A stretch of DNA of 18,420 bases from Candidatus Thorarchaeota archaeon (lineage in GTDB: Archaea; Asgardarchaeota; Thorarchaeia; Thorarchaeales; Thorarchaeaceae), in contig RDNZ01000050.1 of assembly GCA_011364905.1 (NCBI GenBank), forward strand, positions 1-18,420, written 5' to 3'. A program made the position numbers and the translations under genes. Shown here piece after piece: positions 6,832 through 14,938 of this stretch; position 1 is the stretch's first letter; each line of letters starts with the position of its first letter. A model generated the notes under the pieces. It was given only the letters and a program-made list of their open reading frames with translations, was not told the DNA's origin and did no database searches.

Positions 6832-8292
6832 ATGAGAGGTGTTAGGGAACTGCCTTCTTCGTTTGAGGAATTGGAAGATTTCAAGATTGAGAGATTAAGA
6901 CCAACGTTGACAACTGAAGAGAGAGATGTTTTACTTCGTGAAACTCATACAGCTGGATTACGGAAGACGATTCATGGACTATACTTTGACGAAGGACTGA
7001 CTCAAAGAGAGGTTGCTGAAAACCTCGGGATTAGTAGAAGTAAAGTACAGAATGTTTTCAAAGAGATGGGATGGACTGCGCGAAGACAAAAGAGATCTAT
7101 TACTAATGAAGAAGTTCTTGTGCTTTATGAGAAAGAAGGGCTTACCCAAGCTGAGATTGCGAAAAGATTCAATGTTTCAAAATCGTACATCTATAAAATC
7201 TTGAAAGAAGAGATACCCGAGGACCTTAGAAAACAGCGACGAATCGATGTAGATCTTGAAGACTTGTATCACTTTTATTGTGACATGGGTTTGTCACAAT
7301 CGGATATTGCAAAAGCTCTAGGAGTTGGTCAAACTACTCTTAGTCGAAAAATAAGGGAGCTTGGGTGGGAACGAAAGGGCAGGAAATCTCACGTGGATAC
7401 TTTCGAACTTCACAGATTATACTTTGAAGAGGGGTATTCACAAAAAGAGGCTGCTGTATCTCTGGGTGTTCCTTTGATATGTGTAAGAGCTAGATTCATT
7501 GAGATGGGGTGGAAAGCAGGACCCAGAGGGACTATAATTGATGTTGAAGAAGCATATCGATTGCTGAATGAAGAGAAGAAGGATAGAAACGAGGTTGCAG
7601 TAATATTGGGAGTTTCTCAATCAAGATTGGAAAAGGCACTTGAGGAAATGGAACAACAAGATGTTCATTGGTTAAACAAGAAACATGGTAGTAATTCATA
7701 CCGAAGAGAGGCTAAAGAAATACGAGAAGCTATCTTTGGTCGTGAATGTATGATATGTAGTGCAAGCCAAGATGAAAGATTGCTTGCGGTTCATAGAAAA
7801 GATGGATCTCCTCATGAACCGGAAGCTGTTTGGAATCCTGAGAGTCTTCGTAAATTACATCCTGAAGAATGGGTTTTGCTTTGTCCTAGATGTCATAGAG
7901 TAATACATTGGTCAATGGCCCATTTGTCAATGGAGTGGTCAGATTTCAACAATATCAGGAACAGTGAAGAATTGGATAGTTCTCAAACAAGAAGGACTAT
8001 CATACGAGAATCTCCAAGGATGGACTCGGTCGAATCAATACGCACTCGTAGATTCAATCTCTTTGGTGATGAATGTGTCATATGTAAGAGGCATGCAGAG
8101 GACTTCAAATTGGTTCTGCACAGAAAAGATAGAAAATCCCATCACAGGAACTCAACTTGGACTGAGGAATTTCTGCAAACAGCTATAGTTGACGATTGGG
8201 TGATGCTTTGTGATCGGTGTCATACTGGTGTTCATTGGTTTATGGAGCAGTATGATGTAAAGTGGGATTGGATTAACCAACACATGTCATAG
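6832..8292 (+). CDS. Multi-HTH protein with two tandem HNH-like Zn-binding domains (putative homing/site-specific endonuclease); ORF open from GTG 6766
   Basis: Five repeats of LY..EGLTQxEIAxxLGVSxxxx...xxGW type; two copies of FGxECxIC...HRKD...H...W...WVxLCxRCHxxxHW; GAGGAGGT SD at 6817-6824 precedes in-frame ATG 6832. Confidence 0.75.
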   Translation: MRGVRELPSSFEELEDFKIERLRPTLTTEERDVLLRETHTAGLRKTIHGLYFDEGLTQREVAENLGISRSKVQNVFKEMGWTARRQKRSITNEEVLVLYEKEGLTQAEIAKRFNVSKSYIYKILKEEIPEDLRKQRRIDVDLEDLYHFYCDMGLSQSDIAKALGVGQTTLSRKIRELGWERKGRKSHVDTFELHRLYFEEGYSQKEAAVSLGVPLICVRARFIEMGWKAGPRGTIIDVEEAYRLLNEEKKDRNEVAVILGVSQSRLEKALEEMEQQDVHWLNKKHGSNSYRREAKEIREAIFGRECMICSASQDERLLAVHRKDGSPHEPEAVWNPESLRKLHPEEWVLLCPRCHRVIHWSMAHLSMEWSDFNNIRNSEELDSSQTRRTIIRESPRMDSVESIRTRRFNLFGDECVICKRHAEDFKLVLHRKDRKSHHRNSTWTEEFLQTAIVDDWVMLCDRCHTGVHWFMEQYDVKWDWINQHMS

Positions 8293-8314
8293 CCCAAGAT
8301 TATCTGGGTCTACA

Positions 8315-8332
8315 AGGGTAGCTTTTAAAACA
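8315..8332 (+). promoter_or_regulatory. TATA box (TTTTAAAA) of the proximal tRNA-Thr gene
   Basis: TTTTAAAA at 8323-8330 with purine-rich sequence upstream, about 28 nt before tRNA start 8359. Confidence 0.55.
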
Positions 8333-8358
8333 ATAATACTTTCTCGCTGATTAGAAAT

Positions 8359-8465
8359 GCCCCAGTGGCTTAGAGGCTATAGCATCTCTGAGTGTCCAGA
8401 TTTGCAGTCAAAGCGGCTGACTTGTAATCAGCAGGTCGCGAGTTCAAATCTCGCCTGGGGCTCCA
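8359..8465 (+). tRNA. tRNA-Thr(UGU) with D-arm intron at ~22/23 (8381-8411, 31 nt)
   Basis: GCCCCAG/CTGGGGC acceptor; GCTGA-CT-TGT-AA-TCAGC; GCGAG-TTCAAAT-CTCGC; CCA. BHB-like motif: GGCT/AGTC helix, ATA and AAA bulges, GCA/TGC and TCTG/CAGA stems. Confidence 0.92.
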
Positions 8466-8544
8466 CTTTTTGTTGGCGGCTAGCCGCATATTACAAGAAA
8501 TACAGATGCCACATTATTGCTTTCAAATCCTGAGGAAGTTGTAA

Positions 8545-9756
8545 CTATTCGTCCATCCTCTTCGCTGCAGCTTCTAAAGCGGCAATGAGGTCCAGCTTCT
8601 TTCCAGTCAGGAAATTGATTGTTGCTCCTCCACCAGTGCTAATATGTGTAATACGATTTTCAAGACCCATTTTCTCAGCCATTGCTCCCATATGACCCCC
8701 GCCTACAACAGTGACTCCCTTGCAGTCTGCAATTGCATCAAGGATCTTCATTGTACCTTGTGCGAATAGTTCGTTCTCAAAGTACCCCATGGGACCATTA
8801 GCAAATACTACTGCAGATTCCTTGATGGTTTTTTCATACCTGTTGATTGTCTTAGGCCCAATGTCAAGAAATGGGTTATTTTGCATTTGAGTGAAGTCGC
8901 AATCGAGTCTCTTATTATCCAGCTCTACTGCAGCATCTTCAGGAAGTGTAATTACACTAGAGTAGTTCCTAAGAAGTTCCCGTGCAGTTTCTACTGCTGA
9001 TTCGTAACCCTTGATTACTTTGGAGTATCCCTCAGATATTTTTCCATCTGCTATGAGAAAGAGTGTTCCTATGAGACCCCCCATGAGTGCATTATCAACT
9101 CTGTCGGTTGAGAGAAGTTTACTTAGTATTTCGACCTTATCCTCTACCTTGCTTCCTCCGAGCACAAGAGTCCATGGATGTCGATCAGTGTCTGTGGCAT
9201 CAGTCAGGGTGCGGATTTCTTTCTCCACAAGCCTTCCAGCAACAGACGGTAGTACGGTTGTAAAGCCAACAATAGATGCTTGAGAACGATGTGATGCGCC
9301 AAAGGCATCATTCACGAAGAAATCGAAAAGCGGATAGAGTTCTTGGACTATTTTCTCTTTTGCCACTTCTTGAGGCGGTCCTTTCTTCATTTCACCTTCG
9401 AAGTAGCGAACATTCTGAAGTACCAGAATTTCACCATCCTTTACCTGAGATATTGCCTTCTTAGCCTTCTCGCCAAAGATGTCATCTACGAAGCTTGCAT
9501 TGAATCCCAAGTTTCTAAGAGCTTGTGTATGTTGTTCTAATGAGATGAAATCATCACTACCAGGACGCCCTTGGTGAGCCATGAGAACAACCTTACTTTT
9601 CGAGAGATCATTCAGTGTTTCTTTGATTGCTTTAATCCTAGAGATGTCGGTGATCTGCTTTGTTTCAGGGTCTACGGAGCAGTTCATATCAACACGAAGC
9701 AATATCCGTTTTCCAATATAGTCGATATCGTCAAGCGTCTTGAATGCAAACTTCAT
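8545..9756 (-). CDS. pgk: Phosphoglycerate kinase
   Basis: LLRVDMN, MAHQGRPG, LQNVRY, NDAFGASHRSQAS, LGGSKVEDK, DIGPKT, NGPMG and HISTGGGA motifs. Confidence 0.96.
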   Translation of the reverse strand: MKFAFKTLDDIDYIGKRILLRVDMNCSVDPETKQITDISRIKAIKETLNDLSKSKVVLMAHQGRPGSDDFISLEQHTQALRNLGFNASFVDDIFGEKAKKAISQVKDGEILVLQNVRYFEGEMKKGPPQEVAKEKIVQELYPLFDFFVNDAFGASHRSQASIVGFTTVLPSVAGRLVEKEIRTLTDATDTDRHPWTLVLGGSKVEDKVEILSKLLSTDRVDNALMGGLIGTLFLIADGKISEGYSKVIKGYESAVETARELLRNYSSVITLPEDAAVELDNKRLDCDFTQMQNNPFLDIGPKTINRYEKTIKESAVVFANGPMGYFENELFAQGTMKILDAIADCKGVTVVGGGHMGAMAEKMGLENRITHISTGGGATINFLTGKKLDLIAALEAAAKRMDE

Positions 9757-9825
9757 TATCTACTACCTACTTTTTTTCAAGCTACGCAGCAATAAAGAGA
9801 TTTTCAAAGAGGAGTTGAAGAAAAC

Positions 9826-10137
9826 TCACCATTCACCTGACACAATTGCGTTAGCTAGCGATTCTAGCATCGGACCCTTTGGATATCTAACAGGCATGAA
9901 ATATCGTGTGCCATCCTTCAGTGTGACCCTGAGAGTTTGCTCAGCACAGACTTTGAGCAAAGTTCTCACAGCCTCCAATGTCCAATCTGTGATGTTAACA
10001 ACGCCCGACGTGAGTGATTCACGTATTAGCTTCTCGAAATATGGGCTGTGGATCTGTTTGACAATCCTACCCAGTGACTCAATTCTGATTCTTCTATTCT
10101 CTATATCATCTTCCGTTAGACTTGAGTCGATTGCCAT
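9826..10137 (-). CDS. Hypothetical protein (103 aa)
   Basis: ATG-started ORF filling the gap between co-oriented genes; globular composition; TATA-like TTAATAA upstream; no recognised motif. Confidence 0.65.
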   Translation of the reverse strand: MAIDSSLTEDDIENRRIRIESLGRIVKQIHSPYFEKLIRESLTSGVVNITDWTLEAVRTLLKVCAEQTLRVTLKDGTRYFMPVRYPKGPMLESLANAIVSGEW

Positions 10138-10188
10138 GGTTCTCTGTGCATTTCTATTCTATTAAGCACCGATAGAAATAGGGATTGT

Positions 10189-10401
10189 CTATGCTATATT
10201 GAAGTACTTGGAATTGCATTCAACATTTGGATTCTTTGGTCGATAGTAGACAGCCCATAGGTTCTTGTCCACTTTTGATAGAAACACATGATTATTCTCT
10301 TTCAATTCTCGTAATCTTCGCTTCGCATCAAGCATGCTATCGAAAATCTCTGCTAGTCTATAGACACGGCCACCTACCAGTTTCCACTTTTCTTTCTTCA
10401 T
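10189..10401 (-). CDS. Small hypothetical protein, paralogue of 5020-5223
   Basis: WKLVGGRVYRL...WAVYYRPK...C aligns with WQLVNGQVYRL...WAVYWRPK...C. Confidence 0.72.
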   Translation of the reverse strand: MKKEKWKLVGGRVYRLAEIFDSMLDAKRRLRELKENNHVFLSKVDKNLWAVYYRPKNPNVECNSKYFNIA

Positions 10402-10418
10402 GATGTTAAGTGTAGATT

Positions 10419-10430
10419 TTTCTTAATAAT
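10419..10430 (-). promoter_or_regulatory. TATA-like element ATTATTAAGAAA at -29..-18 from the ATG
   Basis: Identical to 5241-5252 with the same spacing. Confidence 0.6.
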
Positions 10431-10459
10431 CCCGTCATGGTTAGAAAGAGATGGTAAGT

Positions 10460-10629
10460 TGGTGCCGCAGGTGGGATACTTGTACCACCACGAAGTGTGA
10501 TGGAATTTCGAGCCCACGACTTCGAGATGCCTCATCAGAGGTTGGGCCGAGAACTGACCCCGTAGTTTTGACTGGGAAATCCAGTCAGATTATGAGTCTC
10601 GCGCCCTAACCAGGCTAGGCCACTGCGGC
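10460..10629 (-). tRNA. Elongator tRNA-Met(CAU) with two introns: 37/38 (10529-10590, 62 nt) and T-loop ~59/60 (10477-10506, 30 nt)
   Basis: GCCGCAG/CTGCGGC acceptor (GCC start typical of the elongator); CGAGA-CT-CAT-A|..|A-TCTCG with CTCA/TGAG central helix; T stem GTGGG/CCCAC interrupted by a CCATCAC/GTGGTGG hairpin; CCA. Confidence 0.88.
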
Positions 10630-10734
10630 ACACTTATTCCCATAATCGAAGTCTGGCAACCGAGCACTCTGGATTCCATTAATTAACCTTATCCTTGAGT
10701 AGAGTCATATCGATGATTTGATTTCTGAAACTAT

Positions 10735-12651
10735 CTATGCTTCGAGAAGTTTCTGGACTTCGATTGTAAGAATCTTCTTGACTGTCTTACCATCAGCCCT
10801 CCCTCGGAGTTCCTGCATTACTATCCCCATGAGACCTCCCACAGATCGATCTCCTTGTTCTCGGATGAAATCCTCTCGCTCAGCCACTATCTTCTTGATG
10901 ATGTCCTTAATCTCGCTGCTCGTCACCATTCCTAGGCCAGTTGACTCAATTGCTGTTCCAATATTTGATTTTGGATGATTGGCGAGAAATGTCAGAATTG
11001 GAGGAATTGCGTCAGATGGTACCGCTTTTTCTGAGATTGCCTTGAATAGTTCAAGAAAGTGGTCATCAACCAGATTCTCAGTAGGGACCTGGTCTCGATG
11101 CAGGCTCACCATTGTGTTCTCCAAAGTCGTTGCAATCAGAGTTGGAGAGACCTTAGTTTCTTTGACTATCTTTTCAAAGAGGTCTAGATTCTGAGACCGG
11201 GTGATTTGATATGCAAGGTCAGGACTTAGTTCATAGTCTTTGATGAACCGTTTCTCTCGTTTTTCAATTGTTTCAGGCATGTTCTTCTTAATCGTCTTTA
11301 AGCGGGATCCAGTGACCTTGACCGGTCTCACATCTGTTTCAGGATACATTCTAGAAGACCCGGGTCTAGGTCGTGCGTATTTTGACGTACCATCTGGAAG
11401 TGGTGTTCTTGTTTCTGCCGGGACTCCATTCACTGCTTCTATAGCTCGATGGACTACTGCTTCCAACGCATCTCTACACTGACTTTCTGAGGATGCCACG
11501 AGAACTACTGCATCATTTTCATTGGCATTGACAGAGTTTCGGAGTTCTGAAACATCTTTTTCTATAATTCCATATCTGGGAAGTTCATCTGTATGAAATA
11601 TGCCTCCAACGCCACCCCAGAACTTGGCATAGTCTGAGATCTCGGTTCCAAAACGACGATTAGGTTGAATCTCAAGTCCCAGAAGAGATGCAAACCCTGG
11701 AAGTCGTACCGCATAGACATAGCCCCCAGCTTTTATCGCGTTTTTAATGACCTTTGATTTGCTTCCTTCAAAAACATCAGTGACGTTAACGAATTTTTGT
11801 TTGAGGTCCTTTGAAGAGATACCTCTGACCTTTAGTGATTCTTGAATTTCGAGCAATTTCTCTTGTCGTTGAGCTTCAAATTCTACAAGAGTCGATAGCA
11901 TGTCAAGTTGTTGAAATCCTTTGATTTCTATAATGGCTCCATCTTTGATTGATACATTTACATCTTGACGGATTGTTCCGAGGCCACGTTTGACTGACCC
12001 CATTGATCTCAGGAGTAAACCGATTGCAAGAGCAACTTCTTGTGCCTCTTCAGGTGTTCGTATATCAGGGTCCGTGGCGATTTCAATTAATGGAATACCA
12101 AGACGGTCGATTCTGTATATTCTCATGTTGTTCTTATCGTCATCAGCGATTTTTCGTGCGGCATCTTCCTCAAGACAGATAGTCTGAATTCCAATCGTCT
12201 TGTCGCCTATAACTATCTCTCCGCCATTTGCGATAATGGTAGTACGTTGAAACCCAGTTGTGTTAGACCCATCAATCACAATCTTACGCATCGGATGTAT
12301 CTCATCAACTGGTTTTGATTTGAGAAATCCAGCGGCTGTCAGGCAAATGTCAATCGCCTCCTCGCATAACTCATGTGGAGGTTCTTCATCTGCTTCTACC
12401 AAACATGTTGAATCATTGTAATACTCGTAACAAAACCGTTTCTTCCTTTGGAACTCAAAGAGAGCAGCGGGGTCAATCTCTCCCATTTCGCTCTGGGTTG
12501 GTCGTAGTCTCCGAATGAATTTGCCATCAGGTTCTTCATCTCTGATTTTTGTTGGACAATGACAGAATAGCTTTCTTTGAGTGTCAAGCTGCTGGTGGAG
12601 TTCCAGACCAACCATTAGACCTAATTTTCTGAATCTATCATCTTGAGTCAA
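10735..12651 (-). CDS. gatE: Glu-tRNA(Gln) amidotransferase subunit E
   Basis: GLELHQQL, KLFCHCP, RRLRPTQSEMGEIDPAA, MRKIVIDGSNTTGFQRT, CLEEDAAR, RLGIPLIEI, GTIRQDVNVS and RMYPETD motifs; likely TTG start at 12651 after GGAGG, 2 nt past the gatD stop. Confidence 0.95.
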   Translation of the reverse strand: MTQDDRFRKLGLMVGLELHQQLDTQRKLFCHCPTKIRDEEPDGKFIRRLRPTQSEMGEIDPAALFEFQRKKRFCYEYYNDSTCLVEADEEPPHELCEEAIDICLTAAGFLKSKPVDEIHPMRKIVIDGSNTTGFQRTTIIANGGEIVIGDKTIGIQTICLEEDAARKIADDDKNNMRIYRIDRLGIPLIEIATDPDIRTPEEAQEVALAIGLLLRSMGSVKRGLGTIRQDVNVSIKDGAIIEIKGFQQLDMLSTLVEFEAQRQEKLLEIQESLKVRGISSKDLKQKFVNVTDVFEGSKSKVIKNAIKAGGYVYAVRLPGFASLLGLEIQPNRRFGTEISDYAKFWGGVGGIFHTDELPRYGIIEKDVSELRNSVNANENDAVVLVASSESQCRDALEAVVHRAIEAVNGVPAETRTPLPDGTSKYARPRPGSSRMYPETDVRPVKVTGSRLKTIKKNMPETIEKREKRFIKDYELSPDLAYQITRSQNLDLFEKIVKETKVSPTLIATTLENTMVSLHRDQVPTENLVDDHFLELFKAISEKAVPSDAIPPILTFLANHPKSNIGTAIESTGLGMVTSSEIKDIIKKIVAEREDFIREQGDRSVGGLMGIVMQELRGRADGKTVKKILTIEVQKLLEA

Positions 12652-12652
12652 T

Positions 12653-14002
12653 TTATTCCCCTCCCAGATGCGAGATATACTCTGATTCCTCACTTCGCAT
12701 GTCAATCTCTCCAACGAGAGGCGTTACCAACAGCTCTTTTGCGGTTTCTTTATTCGCAGTATTGGCCAAGACCCACATGAGCTTCACCAGAGCTGTTTCA
12801 GGTAACATGTCCTCACAAGGAATCACTCCAATGTCAAGGAGCTCGACCCCACAACGGTACACATTCATGTTGACACGACCAAAAAGACATTGACTAGACA
12901 TAGCAACCACAAGTCCAGCATCAATCGCCTTTTTAATTGAGGCGTGAAGCCGATTTGGTGCATGTCCTAAGCCAGTACCTTCAATCATGATTCCTCTATA
13001 GCCTGCTTCTACAAAATAATCGATTAGTGATGCTTCAACACCGGGATTGGTCTTTACGAGAGCCACTTTCTCTTCGAATTTAGGTTTCAAGATGAGCTTT
13101 CTTTTCTTGTTTCTTCTCAGTATAGATGGATGAATCTCCTCAACATATTGTTCGGTCACACGAAATAGTGGATAGCCATTGACTGACTGAAAGGCATCTC
13201 GGCGGCTCGTATGCAGCTTTCGGGCACGGGTCCCTCGGTGAGCATGAAGGTAACTGTCACCTGTTTCTGCATGCATCAAAAGAAGGACCTCTGCAGTATT
13301 GGCCTTTGTTGCAAGGTTGATGGCGCCGATCAGATTCATAGCAGCATCTGATGATGGCCGGTCGGACGACCTTTGCGATCCCACCAAGACAACTGGTACA
13401 GGAAGATTCTGTAGTGCAAAGGATAGGGCAGCTGATGTGAATCCTAGTGTATCTGTTCCGTGTGCGATGACAACTCCATCTGTTCCAGCTTTGATTTCGG
13501 ATGCCACAATTCTAGCAATCTTCGTCCAGTCTTTGGGTTGTATGTTTTCAGAGAGCACGCTCATGATGACCTTTGCACGAACATTGGCATATTCCCTGAT
13601 TTCTGGGACCGTATCGTAGAGGTCCTGTGCAGATAATGCAGGATTGACGGCCCCAGTCTGATAGTCCACCTTACTGGCAATTGTACCGCCCGTACTCAAG
13701 ATTGAAGCTGTGGGTAAACCCTTGTTTTCTACTTCTGTTTCAGTTCCAGTGGTTCGTTTTTTCTTGCCGGCCTTAATCTTACGTATCTCTGAGTCTTGAC
13801 TCAGCTTTATACCAATGTTATAACCAGTATCAAGCTTGATGATGATGTGGAAAGGATCGCTGCCAACCTGACTTCGGGGCATTAACACGCCCACATATTC
13901 CTCCTTGTTCTTCTTGACACTGATTATGTCTCCAACCTTGGCTTTGGAGCCTGAAATCTTTTGCAGAACCAATCCATCATAACCCGAATCATCAAGACTC
14001 AT
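12653..14002 (-). CDS. gatD: Glu-tRNA(Gln) amidotransferase subunit D
   Basis: IKLDTGYNIG, STGGTIASKVDY, HGTDT, GSQRSSDRPSSDA, HTSRRDAFQS and DMLPETALVKL motifs. Confidence 0.96.
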   Translation of the reverse strand: MSLDDSGYDGLVLQKISGSKAKVGDIISVKKNKEEYVGVLMPRSQVGSDPFHIIIKLDTGYNIGIKLSQDSEIRKIKAGKKKRTTGTETEVENKGLPTASILSTGGTIASKVDYQTGAVNPALSAQDLYDTVPEIREYANVRAKVIMSVLSENIQPKDWTKIARIVASEIKAGTDGVVIAHGTDTLGFTSAALSFALQNLPVPVVLVGSQRSSDRPSSDAAMNLIGAINLATKANTAEVLLLMHAETGDSYLHAHRGTRARKLHTSRRDAFQSVNGYPLFRVTEQYVEEIHPSILRRNKKRKLILKPKFEEKVALVKTNPGVEASLIDYFVEAGYRGIMIEGTGLGHAPNRLHASIKKAIDAGLVVAMSSQCLFGRVNMNVYRCGVELLDIGVIPCEDMLPETALVKLMWVLANTANKETAKELLVTPLVGEIDMRSEESEYISHLGGE

Positions 14003-14081
14003 TGGATAACCTCGTTTTCGAGTTTGAGCTCAATGAGGTCAGATGGTTCATAAAAGGCTTCGTCATCAGAGAATGTGGGAC

Positions 14082-14651
14082 CTAGAACATTCCAGCTACT
14101 ACGAACAGACCAAACAAAATGAAAACAAGCCCAACAACGACCTTCACAACTCTTATTGGAATACGTGCAGCGATACGGTCTCCAGCTAGCACTCCAAAAG
14201 AATCCACAATCAAAAAACCGATGATGGAACCTATGAATACCATAATGAAAAATGAGGAATCAGCGGCTAGGGCGAGGATTGCGATCTGACTCTTGTCGCC
14301 AAGTTCTGATAGTAGTACCAGTGAGAACATACCGAATAATGTACCTGGATTGTCACAGGTGTCCTGTATCTCAGAGTTGGACGTAGCAAGTGTGTACGCT
14401 CCGAGACCAAGGAACAGGATTCCCGATACATAGGTTATGATTCCAAGTGGAAGTGTAGCTGAGAGAATATAGCCTATGAGGACTGCTATGATTGATGATG
14501 TTGCTAAAGCCATCATTGTGGCAAGAAGAACTAAGCCCGGCCTTCTAAACTGAGCACTAAGACACATCGTGGTGAGCATTGTCTTATCACCCAGTTCCAT
14601 CAGCAAGACCAGTCCTGCTGAGGTGGCTAAGGCTTCAATGGGCATAGTCAT
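14082..14651 (-). CDS. GDT1/TMEM165 (UPF0016) family putative Ca2+/Mn2+ transporter
   Basis: Two ELGDK(T/S) motifs and about six hydrophobic helices. Confidence 0.9.
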   Translation of the reverse strand: MTMPIEALATSAGLVLLMELGDKTMLTTMCLSAQFRRPGLVLLATMMALATSSIIAVLIGYILSATLPLGIITYVSGILFLGLGAYTLATSNSEIQDTCDNPGTLFGMFSLVLLSELGDKSQIAILALAADSSFFIMVFIGSIIGFLIVDSFGVLAGDRIAARIPIRVVKVVVGLVFILFGLFVVAGMF

Positions 14652-14705
14652 CGTGGCGTATACGCACTCCTTTTAGGGCTTGCTATGTAACTTAAGATAA
14701 GTTGA

Positions 14706-14824
14706 TGGTGCGGGAGGTGGGGTTCGAACCCACGAACTCCTACGAGAGCGGATGACCTATCGTGACCCCATTATTTGTTACGATCTTAAGTCCGCCGCCT
14801 TTGACCGGGCTTGGCTACTCCCGC
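14706..14824 (-). tRNA. tRNA-Leu(UAA) with canonical 37/38 intron (14754-14784, 31 nt)
   Basis: GCGGGAG/CTCCCGC acceptor; GCGGA-CT-TAA-G|..|A-TCCGC; long variable arm; GTGGG-TTCGAAC-CCCAC; intron stem TCGT/ACGA; CCA. Confidence 0.93.
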
Positions 14825-14938
14825 TATGCTCAGTCAATAGACAACAGCTCCCGCTTCTCAGTGGAGCTCACCGCGTTTTTTTCCTGCGGCATGCTGACTC
14901 TTCAACCCTTTGGTAATGAATTGGCAGGCTGTGAGAAG

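Noticed and set aside
6633-8411. Group I or group II self-splicing intron
   Set aside because: No recognisable P7 core or domain V by eye and no RT ORF; the boundaries fit a BHB motif better (Infernal not run)
9740-10165. 141-aa plus-strand ORF
   Set aside because: Antisense to the 103-aa gene and the pgk start; no coding-like features
12652-12714. N-terminal extension of GatE in the ORF track
   Set aside because: Overlaps the gatD 3' end; SD-supported TTG at 12651 is the more likely start
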